A stretch of DNA of 64,000 nt from Nitrospirales bacterium (lineage in GTDB: Bacteria; Nitrospirota; Nitrospiria; Nitrospirales; UBA8639). The notes under the pieces were generated by a model. It was given only the letters and a program-made list of their open reading frames with translations, was not told the DNA's origin and searched no databases. The stretch lies in the NCBI GenBank assembly GCA_965203295.1, contig CBDBCZ010000019.1, forward strand, positions 992,001-1,056,000, in the 5' to 3' direction. The position numbers were made by a program, and so were the translations under genes. Below are positions 22,577 through 32,780 of the stretch, piece after piece; within the stretch, counting starts at the first letter, position 1; each line of letters opens with the position of its first letter.

Positions 22577-22626
22577 TGGGCTCGAATAATCGTGCATCAC
22601 CAAATAATGGAGTTTATAAAGCTCCA

Positions 22627-25047
22627 TTAATTGCGACAAAGGGCTTCGTGGGTTGTTGGTTTGGGTTCGAGCCATGGGAAGGGTTGGCTCTCCTGCCCAA
22701 CCAAAGCTGCAACCAAGACTTCGTCAAGAGTCTCAGCGAAAATAAAGGAAAGTTCGTGTCGGACTTCTTCAGGGATTTCTTTGAGGTCCTTTTTGTTCCC
22801 TTTGGGGAGCAGTATTCTGATAATCCCTCTTCGGTGTGCCGCTAGAACTTTTTCCTTGATTCCTCCAACCGGAAGTACTAATCCGCTGAGGCTTATTTCT
22901 CCAGTCATCGCTGTGTCTTGACGGACTTTGCGGCCCAAAAGTGTTGAGGCCAGAGCGGCGACGATTGTCACTCCCGCTGAAGGTCCATCTTTAGGGATTG
23001 CTCCTTCTGGAATATGAATATGGATGCCATTCTTCTTGAAGAGGTGAGTATTCAGACCCATTCGCTCGACTCGGGCCCAAAGGTAACTCCTGGCTGCTTG
23101 AGCAGATTCTTGCATGACATCACTCAGTTGTCCGGTCAAGGTAAGGTCATTTCCTCCAGGGAGAAGAGAGGATTCAACGTACAAGACATCTCCCCCGGTT
23201 TCGGTCCAAGCCAAGCCTGTTGCCACCCCAATGGGCAGCTCTTTTCGCTTTTCCTCTGGTATAAATCGTTCAGTTCCCAACCACTCAATGACTTCGTTTT
23301 CTTGGATGATAAGTGGATGTTGTGATTCTAAGCTAGATTGTTCGGCAAGTTTGAGAGCCACTTTTCGAGTGAGACTTCCCAGCATTTGCTCTAGTTGCCG
23401 AACGGCCGCCTCCCGAGTGAACCGAGAAATGATGTGACGTAAAACGCCTTCTCCTAGGCTGATGTGTTGGGAGGTCAATCCAGCTTCTTGGAGTCTTCGA
23501 GGCCACAAATAGCGATCGGCAATTGCCTGTTTCTCGAATAAGGTGTATCCAGGCAGATGAATAACCTCCATTCGGTCTAAGAGTGGACGAGAAATAGAAT
23601 CCAAGCCGTTCGCCGTCGTAATAAACAGAACCCTCGAAAGGTCGAAGAGAACATCAAGATAGTTATCACGGAACGTATGGTTTTGAGAGGGATCCAAAAT
23701 TTCCAGCAATGCTGAGGAGGGATCACCTTTGAAATCACGACCGATCTTATCGACTTCATCAAACATGAGGACTGGGTTATTTGATCCCGCCCTGCGAAGA
23801 GCTTGGATGATGCGTCCAGGCATGGCTCCTATATAAGTGCGTCGATGGCCTCGAAGTTCGGCTTCATCATGTAAACCGCCAAAACTAATCCGTTCAAACT
23901 TTTGTCCTAAGGCACGAGCAATGGATTGGCCAAGACTGGTTTTCCCGACGCCAGGCTGGCCGACCAAGCACAAGATAGGAGCTTTGGCAGAAGGATTAAG
24001 TTTGAGGACTGCCAGGTGTTCAAGGATTCGTTCCTTCACATCCTGAATTCCATAATGATCTTTGTCCAGGACTTCACGAACATTTGGAAGATCAAGAGAG
24101 TCGGGTGTCGTATGACTCCATGGAAGCTCAAGGAGCAGTTCCAAATAACTCCGTATCACCTGATGGTCTGGTGCAACTGGAGAAAGTTTGGCAAGCCGTT
24201 TCACTTCTCGAACAGCCTCGGTACGAACGTGGTCAGGAAGATCAGCGTCCTCAATGCGCTGCTTAAGATACCCAACTTCACTGCCCTCACTGTCCTCTTC
24301 GTCGAGTTCTTGTTGAATCTCCTTGAGTTGCTGCCGAAGGAAGTATTCGCGCTGAGATTTTCCGATCTCGGCTTGAGCCTGGGTCGCAATCTCATTGCGG
24401 AGTTTGAGGATTTGCAACTCATGGGAGAGCGCGGCATACACTTGACGAGGAAATTCCAATTGAGTGGGGAGTTCAAGCAAGGCTTGGAGTCGCTCAGTCG
24501 TCAAGTTCAGGAGAGGCGTCATTTTGTAAGCAATAGATAATGGGTTGTGATCTGCACGTAGGGCTGCCACAACCTCTGAAAATCCCTGGGAAGCAATCAA
24601 CTCCGGGAGCTGGGCAACCAAATCCAATAGAGCACGATGAAGGGCTTCGACTTCCGGACCCGGATCTGCTTCTAGAGGAAATCGTCTGACTCGAGCAAGG
24701 AGGAAAGGATCGTGTTGTTCTAACTTGAGCAAGACAAAGCGTTCAATCCCTTGAATGAGGACATGAAGATGGCCCTCTGAGGTTTTCCCCATTTGTTTAA
24801 TCACAGCTTTCGTGCCAATTTGATACAAATCCTCCAACGTAGGATTGAGTTGTTCGGAATCTCGTTGGGCCGTGATAAAAAGTTCCTTATCTTCCGTCTC
24901 CATCGCTGATTGAACAGCCGCAATTGAAGAGGGACGTCCAATTGTCAAAGGGATCATGGTTTCCGGAAAAATGACTGTGCGCTTGGCCGGAAGTACAGAG
25001 AACGTTGTAATAGGGAATTCTTCACTCATAGAGCACCCGGAGAGCAT
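22627..25047 (-). CDS. lon: Lon protease (endopeptidase La) with several substitutions in conserved motifs; alternative start at 25029
   Basis: LON_N domain; AAA+ ([20 protein letters not shown]); PKDGPSAG catalytic Ser and GGIKEK catalytic Lys. Confidence 0.94.
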   Translation of the reverse strand: MLSGCSMSEEFPITTFSVLPAKRTVIFPETMIPLTIGRPSSIAAVQSAMETEDKELFITAQRDSEQLNPTLEDLYQIGTKAVIKQMGKTSEGHLHVLIQGIERFVLLKLEQHDPFLLARVRRFPLEADPGPEVEALHRALLDLVAQLPELIASQGFSEVVAALRADHNPLSIAYKMTPLLNLTTERLQALLELPTQLEFPRQVYAALSHELQILKLRNEIATQAQAEIGKSQREYFLRQQLKEIQQELDEEDSEGSEVGYLKQRIEDADLPDHVRTEAVREVKRLAKLSPVAPDHQVIRSYLELLLELPWSHTTPDSLDLPNVREVLDKDHYGIQDVKERILEHLAVLKLNPSAKAPILCLVGQPGVGKTSLGQSIARALGQKFERISFGGLHDEAELRGHRRTYIGAMPGRIIQALRRAGSNNPVLMFDEVDKIGRDFKGDPSSALLEILDPSQNHTFRDNYLDVLFDLSRVLFITTANGLDSISRPLLDRMEVIHLPGYTLFEKQAIADRYLWPRRLQEAGLTSQHISLGEGVLRHIISRFTREAAVRQLEQMLGSLTRKVALKLAEQSSLESQHPLIIQENEVIEWLGTERFIPEEKRKELPIGVATGLAWTETGGDVLYVESSLLPGGNDLTLTGQLSDVMQESAQAARSYLWARVERMGLNTHLFKKNGIHIHIPEGAIPKDGPSAGVTIVAALASTLLGRKVRQDTAMTGEISLSGLVLPVGGIKEKVLAAHRRGIIRILLPKGNKKDLKEIPEEVRHELSFIFAETLDEVLVAALVGQESQPFPWLEPKPTTHEALCRN

Positions 25048-25378
25048 TAAACCTTTCAGTATTTGGCTTTTTTAAACCCATGGCTCAATAGGTCGAGTTT
25101 TACAGATATCCATGATTTCCCATGATTCAACAGGGATTCTTGACCTGTTTGGAATACGAATCCTAGAAAAGAAAATCTCTTTGTTATAACCTTCCAAAAA
25201 ATTTTGCTCATTTATTTTCTTGAATTGAAGCCTGTTTTTGTTTACATTTTAGGAACAATGTTGGGATTTTCAGTATCTTCCCGGGAATCTGTTTATTGAC
25301 TTAATATGTTCGTGAGATTAGTCTTTAAGAGGGTGACCGCTTTGACCGAATAGGTTGGAGAAGATGAGGTATTCATAA

Positions 25379-27079
25379 ATGATTGTTCTGACTCGGAATT
25401 TTAGGAATTTGTTCCTTCTTTTGGGAGTGACAATTGCCATTGGAACGGGGGGCACCATTTTTGGTCAGTATGGCGACTTGGCTCAAGCGGCTACGAGCGT
25501 TCAAGTTGATCCTCGGTTAACTGATTCAGAGGTAGGCCCATCCTCATTGACGTTTTTCCCAGTCACCCAAAAAGGTCACTACGCTTCCGGCCAATTTCCT
25601 CCATCTCAAAGTCGATCTTGGGATAGTTTAGTTCCTAGCTTCAATCACGTTCCCTTCAACCAAGGGAGTTCTCTTGGAGGAGGCACTCGTGTTTTCCGGC
25701 AGTGGTCTGATGTTGAAGCCGACACGTTCCTGTTGCGATTTAAGAAGCTTTTTACCAGTTCAGCGCATGCCGATACGAATGAAACAGAAGCCCTTCCGCC
25801 CTATAGCGAGATTTCTATCGTCCTTGCTCCGGCAGTGGAACACAATATCCGATATTTTCAAACTGGAATTCCTGATAGATTCCAAGAATGGTTGACACGT
25901 TTTTACCGATATCAGCCACTGGTCGAGGCAATTTTCCAGGAATTTGATCTTCCCCAAGAGCTCATCTATTTATCTTTGGTCGAGAGTGGATTTAATCCAA
26001 TGGCGTATTCTCGAGCCCGAGCGGCTGGACCATGGCAGTTTATGAAAGGGACGGGCCGTCAATACGGGTTGAAGGTTAATTGGTATGTTGATGAGCGAAG
26101 GGATCCAATCAAATCAACCGTCGCAGCTGCTCAACACCTGCGTGACCTCTATGACCAGTTCGGGACCTGGCCTTTGGCCATGGCTGCCTATAATGCTGGT
26201 GCTGGTAAGATTACTCGGGCTATCAAGAAATCCCGTAGTCAGGACTATTGGAAAATTCGGAAGACCCGGTATATTCGCCGAGAAACGAAAGATTACGTTC
26301 CACGATTTATGGCAGCTGCAATTATTGCCATGAACCCAACCTTATTTGGTTTCACTCGCGAGGAAGTCCAGGTCCATGGATATGACGAGGTTCCGATTCA
26401 AAACACTGTGCATTTGCGATCCGTGGCCAAAAAGACAGGGATCACCTATGAAGAGCTAAGACGGTTAAACCCTGAATTGCGCCGGAGTATTATCCCTGGG
26501 AATCGCAGTGGGTATTATCTCAAGGTGCCGACAGGAAAGGGGCCATGGGTGGAAGAAGTCAAGAACCAAGTCCCGTTGTGGACTCAACCGCCTCCGACTT
26601 CACGACAATGGTACCGGGTTCGATGGGGTGATAGCTTATCAGTGATTGCCAATCGTTTTGGATTGAGTGTGGGAAAATTGAAACGCTTAAACCACTTATC
26701 GGGAAACATGATTCGAGTTGGTGCCCGCTTGCAAGTGAGTGAAGGAACACCGGATGTGATCAATTTCACCTGGTATCGGGTCCGAACTGGAGACAGCTTG
26801 TCAGTGATTGCTGCTCGTTTTGGCATGAGCCTCTCCAGCCTGAAAGGGATCAACAATCTGTCAGGCAATATGATTCGAGCGGGAGACCGTTTGCGAGTCA
26901 GCGAACAAGATCTCTCTGGTGCGCTTGAAAGAGAAGTAAAATGGTATCTTGTGCGGCGAGGTGATAGCCTTTGGAGAATTGCCAAACGATTTCGGATGAC
27001 CGTCATGGACTTAAAAGCTCTTAACAATTTAAGGAGTAGTGTGATTAGGGCCGGTCGCCTCCTCCTTATTAGTCCTTAA
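25379..27079 (+). CDS. mltD: MltD-like lytic transglycosylase with three C-terminal LysM domains
   Basis: LVESGFNP, AGPWQFM, AAYNAG and ETKDYVP; three Y-x-V-R-x-GDSL LysM repeats. Confidence 0.88.
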   Translation: MIVLTRNFRNLFLLLGVTIAIGTGGTIFGQYGDLAQAATSVQVDPRLTDSEVGPSSLTFFPVTQKGHYASGQFPPSQSRSWDSLVPSFNHVPFNQGSSLGGGTRVFRQWSDVEADTFLLRFKKLFTSSAHADTNETEALPPYSEISIVLAPAVEHNIRYFQTGIPDRFQEWLTRFYRYQPLVEAIFQEFDLPQELIYLSLVESGFNPMAYSRARAAGPWQFMKGTGRQYGLKVNWYVDERRDPIKSTVAAAQHLRDLYDQFGTWPLAMAAYNAGAGKITRAIKKSRSQDYWKIRKTRYIRRETKDYVPRFMAAAIIAMNPTLFGFTREEVQVHGYDEVPIQNTVHLRSVAKKTGITYEELRRLNPELRRSIIPGNRSGYYLKVPTGKGPWVEEVKNQVPLWTQPPPTSRQWYRVRWGDSLSVIANRFGLSVGKLKRLNHLSGNMIRVGARLQVSEGTPDVINFTWYRVRTGDSLSVIAARFGMSLSSLKGINNLSGNMIRAGDRLRVSEQDLSGALEREVKWYLVRRGDSLWRIAKRFRMTVMDLKALNNLRSSVIRAGRLLLISP

Positions 27080-27139
27080 TTTTCCTTGGGAGCAGGGCTG
27101 TCTTCAGGTGCCGAAGACGTAGACGAACTCGGCACGTTT

Positions 27140-27889
27140 TCAGTTCCCCCCCTCAGGTTCTTCACTTTCAATACTTTTCTGGCTTTCAGGATCAAGCGCA
27201 TTGACCCGAATTCTGGCTTCTCCAAGAAAGGGGGAGGCAGGAAATTCAGTTATCAGCTTTTTGTAATGCGCTAAGGCTTGGTCACGCTTTTCTCCTCCCT
27301 CTTCGATTTTGGCTATTTCAAAGAGTGCCTGATCCTTATTCAGGGATTTGGGAGATGCCAATACCTTGGAGAAGGCGTCCAACGCTTTCCCTTCTTCACC
27401 ATTCATGAGGTAAGCGTATCCTAATCGTTGATACACCAGACCAAGCAAAAATTTATTTTGACCATAATGGTCAATGTAACGTTGGTAGGATTCGATGGCA
27501 TCCTTAATCTCATTCTGGTCCACTAAGGCATTGCCGATAAAATAATTCGCAAGTTCGGCACTTGTCGTATTGGGAAACTCTTCAAGAATGTTTCTATAGA
27601 GTGCAATGGCCTGATCCAGATGTTCTTTGATTTTCTCTGGGTCATCAAGAGGACGATCGATGTAAAGCTTGGCAGCCTGGGCCTGGAGTTCCCAGGCCTG
27701 TTCTTCCTGGGATTGTCCATGCCATATGAGTAAGCCAAGGCCTAGAGCAGACACGCAAAGTAGACCCAATCCTCCTAGAACCGCTCCACGATGCTTTTCC
27801 GCCGAGAACCAAAAATGTTCCCACCGAGATAGCAAGTGAGTCTCGTCCATTGGGATGGGTTTTGAATAGTCTCTGAGTTTAAATCCCAT
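27140..27889 (-). CDS. membrane-anchored TPR protein (YfgM-like)
   Basis: One N-terminal TM helix followed by TPR-type helix pairs (A-x-x-x-Y...FP-x-S/T). Confidence 0.75.
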   Translation of the reverse strand: MGFKLRDYSKPIPMDETHLLSRWEHFWFSAEKHRGAVLGGLGLLCVSALGLGLLIWHGQSQEEQAWELQAQAAKLYIDRPLDDPEKIKEHLDQAIALYRNILEEFPNTTSAELANYFIGNALVDQNEIKDAIESYQRYIDHYGQNKFLLGLVYQRLGYAYLMNGEEGKALDAFSKVLASPKSLNKDQALFEIAKIEEGGEKRDQALAHYKKLITEFPASPFLGEARIRVNALDPESQKSIESEEPEGGN

Positions 27890-28099
27890 TATTGAAGAGT
27901 GGTCTCTCGATCATGTTGCCTTCAGCTTGGTGGCCTCGGGCCTTATACCTACCTGTATGCTGGTTGTCAATTGGAGTGATCGCCCGGTCATGCATGAACG
28001 AGCTAGACAGTTCATCGGAAAAAATGTTTAATAAAATACCAGCAAATCTAGAGCGAACAGTATAATAAGAAGAAACACGTAGCAAGCTAGGGTAGCAGG

Positions 28100-28127
28100 T
28101 TGACAACCCGTCTCTGGTTGATATAAT
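28100..28127 (+). promoter_or_regulatory. consensus sigma70 promoter for the tRNA-Val/tRNA-Asp operon
   Basis: TTGACA (28100-28105), 16-bp spacer, extended -10 TGnTATAAT (TATAAT at 28122-28127). Confidence 0.8.
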
Positions 28128-28153
28128 AAAAAACCCAATAAATTTGAAAAGAT

Positions 28154-28229
28154 AGGCGGGTAGCTCAGTTGGGAGAGCGCTGCCCTTACAAGGCAGAGGT
28201 CGCAGGTTCAAGCCCTGTTCCGCCTACCA
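28154..28229 (+). tRNA. tRNA-Val (TAC)
   Basis: Acceptor AGGCGGG/TCCGCCT, anticodon arm CTGCC-CTTACAA-GGCAG, GGTTCAAG T-loop, encoded CCA. Confidence 0.97.
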
Positions 28230-28363
28230 CTCTAATTAAAGTATCTTAATCAATGCATGAGGAGGTTTCTCAGGTTGATATTATTGAGGGGAAGATCGTT
28301 CGGAAAACCTTCCCTTTCCACTATTCGTCGTTGATGTCAATTACGCCCAGTCTTTGAATGTGT

Positions 28364-28442
28364 GGGGCCGTCGTTCAGTCAGGTTTAGGACGCCAGATTG
28401 TCAATCTGGAGGTCGCGGGTTCAAATCCCGTCGGCCCCGCCA
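28364..28442 (+). tRNA. tRNA-Asp (GTC)
   Basis: Acceptor GGGGCCG/CGGCCCC, anticodon arm CCAGA-TTGTCAA-TCTGG, GGTTCAAAT T-loop, encoded CCA. Confidence 0.97.
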
Positions 28443-28554
28443 CCCTCTTCCCTAGTGAGTTTAGGTTGTTCTTACCTGTTTTGGGAAAAATTCCTCCATA
28501 TTCTCCTCGATAAGATATCAATGAAAGGCTTTGGAAGTCTCCAGAATTAAAAAG

Positions 28555-29274
28555 ATGTTTACTGGCGATATAGCAGAGCTTTTTGGGTCTCTTGGGGCGA
28601 TTTCCATCGTTGTACTGTTCATTCTTTTTTCATTCTCCCTGTTTTCATGGGGAATCATTGTTTACAAATGGAAATTTTTCAAGCGTGGAGATAACGAAGA
28701 AAGGGAGTTCTTAGAATGTTATGATCAGAATCCTTTGGAGTTTCGAAAACTCAGAATGTTGGCCAAAGAGCTCCCTGCCAGTCCTAGTGCAGCAGTTTTT
28801 TTAGGGGTTTGCGAAAGAATAAACCCTGATGAAGGCATGCCTTGGAATAAACCCATGGAGGTGGGGATTGGGAATGGCCGAGCTTCTCAACGTGATTACT
28901 TAGAAAAGGTGGTTCAATTCATCGTGCAGAATCACATAAGTTCCCTGGAAGCCTATCTTCCCTTCCTTGCGACAACAGGGAGCATCACTCCGTTCATTGG
29001 GTTACTCGGCACAGTCCTTGGCATCATCAATGCCTTTCAGGAAATTGGTCTCCAGGGAACAGCGAGTCTCACGGTTGTGGCTCCTGGGGTCGCTGAAGCC
29101 CTCGTGTCGACTGCGGCTGGGCTTTTTGCGGCTATTCCGGCGGTGGTGGGTTATAATTATTTTTTGACGCGTATTCGAAAAACCGTCTTTCGAGTTGAAG
29201 CGTTCAGCATCGAATTTCTGAATGCCCTCATGGAGAAATCTGAGGAATCCAGTGAGGTGGAAATCATCCGATGA
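28555..29274 (+). CDS. tolQ: TolQ (MotA/TolQ/ExbB) proton channel protein
   Basis: TPFIGLLGTV and EALVSTAAGLFAAIPAV motifs; cluster with tolR and tolB. Confidence 0.88.
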   Translation: MFTGDIAELFGSLGAISIVVLFILFSFSLFSWGIIVYKWKFFKRGDNEEREFLECYDQNPLEFRKLRMLAKELPASPSAAVFLGVCERINPDEGMPWNKPMEVGIGNGRASQRDYLEKVVQFIVQNHISSLEAYLPFLATTGSITPFIGLLGTVLGIINAFQEIGLQGTASLTVVAPGVAEALVSTAAGLFAAIPAVVGYNYFLTRIRKTVFRVEAFSIEFLNALMEKSEESSEVEIIR

Positions 29275-29699
29275 TGGTTGATCGTGGGTCCCGTCGTTTT
29301 CTTTCCGAGATCAATGTTGTTCCGTTAGTTGATGTCGTATTGGTGTTATTGATTATTTTTATGGTGACGGCGCCTATGCTGCATCGAGGGATTGATCTGA
29401 CATTGCCGACGTCAGAGTCCAATTCTATTACTCCCGAGGAGCGTTTGGTCGTGACCATTGAACGAGATCAGAAGATGTTTTTGGAAAAAGATCAGGTGAC
29501 GATCATAGGACTACGACAGAAGCTTCAACAAGCCAAGAGTCGCAATCCTGGGGTCTCTGTCTATCTGAGGTCGGATCGTGGCGTTCCCTATGGTCGGGTC
29601 GTTCAAGTCATGGATCAGATCAAAGGTGCGGGGATTGACAAGCTCGGGATGGTCACCAATCCTGGTCAATTTGAAGAAGAAACGGTTTCCCTTCAGTAG
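29271..29699 (+). CDS. tolR: TolR/ExbD protein
   Basis: EINVVPLVDVVLVLLIIFMVTAP TM motif with conserved Asp; ATGA overlap with tolQ. Confidence 0.88.
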   Translation: MMVDRGSRRFLSEINVVPLVDVVLVLLIIFMVTAPMLHRGIDLTLPTSESNSITPEERLVVTIERDQKMFLEKDQVTIIGLRQKLQQAKSRNPGVSVYLRSDRGVPYGRVVQVMDQIKGAGIDKLGMVTNPGQFEEETVSLQ

Positions 29700-29714
29700 G
29701 CAATCCTTTGGAAA

Positions 29715-31280
29715 ATGAATATTGGTCACCAGGCAACCCTTCTTTCTCCTCCACTGACGGGTTCATCTCAGGATGACCATGGGGCCATTCTCCGGTTCCT
29801 TGCATATTCTCTTCTCTTTCATGCCCTATTCCTTGTCTTGGTGCTCAACGTGCAATTCCCGGGACAGGTTGACAAGCCTTTAACACCTTACCACGTCTCG
29901 TTGGTCTCGCTCCCTCAGCTTGAGGAGCTATCCGCTCTACCCCCAAAATCCGCTCAGAAAAGTAAGTCTGTTGCCACATCCAAGAATCGAACGGATAAAC
30001 CCGTGGTGAAGAAAACCGCACCCAAGAAGAGTCAGCCACAGCCGACATCTGTACCAGCCCTCACACCATCCATCACGGTTCCGACGGAACGATTGTCGGA
30101 ATCCTTTGCGGGTGCCTCGGAGGCCATCACCGTGCCGAAGGAATGGAAATTGGAAGCTCGAGCGGATGTCTCTGTTCCTCCTCCAGTCTCAAATGAGCCT
30201 CAACCTGTGAAAACGATTCAGGAACCTAGACCCATCTCCCTTCCGCCTCCAGCTCCTCAACTGTCATCTACGGCAACAATTCCAAAGGCACAACAGTCTT
30301 CTGCGCCTATCCACAAAGAACAAGACCTTCTGTCTCAATCCACTCATCTGGCGGATGATTTGAGAGAAACCGCTCAATCTATTGCCATTCCCAAGGACTG
30401 GCAAGGTCGTTCTGATATGCCAAGTTCCGTCGAACAATCAAAAGGTCGAGCTCCGCTGGGTGAAATTCCTAAAGTGACCGAGTCTTTGAAAAAAGCGCTT
30501 CAGTCCGTCGTTATTCCAACAAGGAAGAATACCCCTTCAACGATACAGTCACCGGATGAACAGACAAAAAGAAAGCGGGATTCTTCCGACGCCCCAAAAG
30601 TCACGGAATCTTTGAAACGGAAAATTGAGTCTGTTGCCCTTCCCAAACGAGTTCTGCCTCCGACTCGCCGAGTTCAGCCTTCTCTTGATTCTCTGATTCC
30701 TGTTCCGTCAACGCGTGAGACGCAGGCTATGGAAAAGGCCAAAGCGGCTTTAAAAGGAGTCATCTTGCCGCCTAAGGTTCCCGAGTTAAGTACGGATGAA
30801 CCCCAGCTTCCCAATGAGCCTGTCCTTCCAGATCCGGATCGGAGTCAGGAACAATTGGACCAGAAAATTGCGGGCTTGTCCGTCCCAAAAGTTAAAAACC
30901 TGGATTGGGATTCCCCAGTCTCCAGAGATCGTCAAATGCTGGAAAACAAGGCTGCCAATCGTCTTGAGATGTTCGGAGAGAATTTAGACGGAGACCCTTA
31001 TTGGGTTCGTATCAGAGCCCAAATCGATCGGGAGTGGGTGGCATCCCCTGTAGAAATTCATGGTGGTGAGCCACCTCAAGTTGTCATCACGTTTAGGTTA
31101 GAAAGGTCAGGGCGTATGAAAAATGTACTGATTGCTCGGTCTTCTGGTAATCAATACTTTGATTTAGCTGCCAAACGCGCTGTCGTGGCTGCCAGTCCGT
31201 TACCCCCGTTTCCCAAAAACATGACGGGCCCTCATCGTGACTTACGTTTTACATTCACAGGCCCGAAAGGTGGCCTATGA
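29715..31280 (+). CDS. tolA: TolA/TonB-like energy transducer with a long Pro/Ser-rich linker
   Basis: TM helix with S-x-x-x-H (YSLLFHAL); C-terminal TonB/TolA domain (SSGNQYFDLAAKRAV...PLPPFP). Confidence 0.75.
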   Translation: MNIGHQATLLSPPLTGSSQDDHGAILRFLAYSLLFHALFLVLVLNVQFPGQVDKPLTPYHVSLVSLPQLEELSALPPKSAQKSKSVATSKNRTDKPVVKKTAPKKSQPQPTSVPALTPSITVPTERLSESFAGASEAITVPKEWKLEARADVSVPPPVSNEPQPVKTIQEPRPISLPPPAPQLSSTATIPKAQQSSAPIHKEQDLLSQSTHLADDLRETAQSIAIPKDWQGRSDMPSSVEQSKGRAPLGEIPKVTESLKKALQSVVIPTRKNTPSTIQSPDEQTKRKRDSSDAPKVTESLKRKIESVALPKRVLPPTRRVQPSLDSLIPVPSTRETQAMEKAKAALKGVILPPKVPELSTDEPQLPNEPVLPDPDRSQEQLDQKIAGLSVPKVKNLDWDSPVSRDRQMLENKAANRLEMFGENLDGDPYWVRIRAQIDREWVASPVEIHGGEPPQVVITFRLERSGRMKNVLIARSSGNQYFDLAAKRAVVAASPLPPFPKNMTGPHRDLRFTFTGPKGGL

Positions 31281-32635
31281 GGATCTTACGTTCCTTTTTC
31301 TTGGGTGTATGCCTTTTCTGTGTATTAGGCCCTGTATGGATAACTGACTCTCAGGCTGCGGATATTTCTCTGGAAGTTTCCCGATCGGAGTTTCAGAAGA
31401 TTCCCATTTGGGTTCTAGGATTTGCTGACGGCGGTTCTTCAAAAGGAGCCACGACACGATTAGGCAATAAGATTGCTGAAATTCTCAAGGCTGATCTTCG
31501 GCGTTCTCAAATTTTTGAAGTTTTGGATGAGCCCACACATGCAATGGAATTTGGCACTGATCAATGTCAGGGGCAAGTGGATTTGTCGGAATTAAAGGAT
31601 GCTGAAGCTACGGTCATGACTTGGGGGAGAATAGGTCGCAGAGGGACTGATTTGCTCATGGATGTGTGTGAGTATGATGTGGGCAACGACAAAGTTGCAA
31701 AAGGAAAACGTTACGTCGGGGACAGAATCACCATGCGCTTGTTGAGATTGATGGTCCATCGATGGGCTGACCAACTCGTATCCCATTACACGGGTGAATC
31801 TGGGATTGCCAGGACCAAGATCGCCTATGTCTCTGAAAAGGAAGGCAATCGCGAACTGTTTGTGATGGATTATGATGGATATGGACAACAGCAAGTGACG
31901 GGCGATGGATATTTGAATCTCATGCCAGTCTGGTCACCGGATCGCCATTCCTTAGTCTACACGGCTTTCCGCCAGATGAATCAGGAAATTGTTCAACTGG
32001 AATTGGGATCCGGCACGAAAACTACACTCGTCGATCCAAAAGGGTTAAACATCACACCAGCCTTGTCGCCTGATGGAGAGACGCTAGCGTATGCTTCCGC
32101 GAAGGAAGGGAATTCAGAAATTTATACCATGAACTTATCAACACAAGAAGTGACCCAATTAACGTTTCCCCCTGGCGCTGCTCTTTCTCCTTCCTGGTCC
32201 CCCAACGGGCGAGAAATTGTTTTTACCTCAGATCGGGGCCGAAAGCCTCAACTGTATATTATGAGTGCGGATGGGTCGAATGTTCGTCGTTTGACCTTTG
32301 AAGGGAAATATAACGCTGCCCCATCATGGTCACCTCGTGGGGAATGGATCGCCTATGTGTGTCGAATACCGAAGCAAGGATTTCGATTATGCCGGATTTC
32401 TCCGGATGGCCAAGAACGATCGCAGATTACGTCAGGGTCTCATGAGGAAATGGACGACTCACCCTCTTGGTCTCCCGATGGGCGACATCTCGTGTTTAGT
32501 TCTATGCGGAATGGGCAGAGCCACATTTATATGATCAATGATGATGGGACAGAGCTCGAGCAGCTAACATCTGGCGGAACCCATCACAGTTCCCCGTCTT
32601 GGTCTCCCATACAGGGTTCTCCTGGACAGATGTGA
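31277..32635 (+). CDS. tolB: Tol-Pal beta-propeller protein TolB
   Basis: Signal peptide, TolB N-domain (ADLRRS, TKIAYV) and multiple PD40 P-x-WSP-D/N-G repeats. Confidence 0.92.
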   Translation: MRILRSFFLGVCLFCVLGPVWITDSQAADISLEVSRSEFQKIPIWVLGFADGGSSKGATTRLGNKIAEILKADLRRSQIFEVLDEPTHAMEFGTDQCQGQVDLSELKDAEATVMTWGRIGRRGTDLLMDVCEYDVGNDKVAKGKRYVGDRITMRLLRLMVHRWADQLVSHYTGESGIARTKIAYVSEKEGNRELFVMDYDGYGQQQVTGDGYLNLMPVWSPDRHSLVYTAFRQMNQEIVQLELGSGTKTTLVDPKGLNITPALSPDGETLAYASAKEGNSEIYTMNLSTQEVTQLTFPPGAALSPSWSPNGREIVFTSDRGRKPQLYIMSADGSNVRRLTFEGKYNAAPSWSPRGEWIAYVCRIPKQGFRLCRISPDGQERSQITSGSHEEMDDSPSWSPDGRHLVFSSMRNGQSHIYMINDDGTELEQLTSGGTHHSSPSWSPIQGSPGQM

Positions 32636-32780
32636 ACGTGTACTCCTGATGTAAGTTAAATTGGCGAGCAGACTATGGCCTAGAAGCGTATGGGTTAAGG
32701 GATGGGAACGTGACGATCGAATCGGCCTGAGGAAAATCCTTACAAGAAAGATGGTCCTTCGTTTTTCAAAAGGGGTAGGC

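Noticed and set aside
27879..28211. 110-aa minus-strand ORF
   Set aside because: Overlaps tRNA-Val and its promoter in antisense; a shadow ORF
28154..28530. Integration site at tRNA-Val/tRNA-Asp
   Set aside because: Flanked directly by housekeeping genes with no att duplication or foreign DNA
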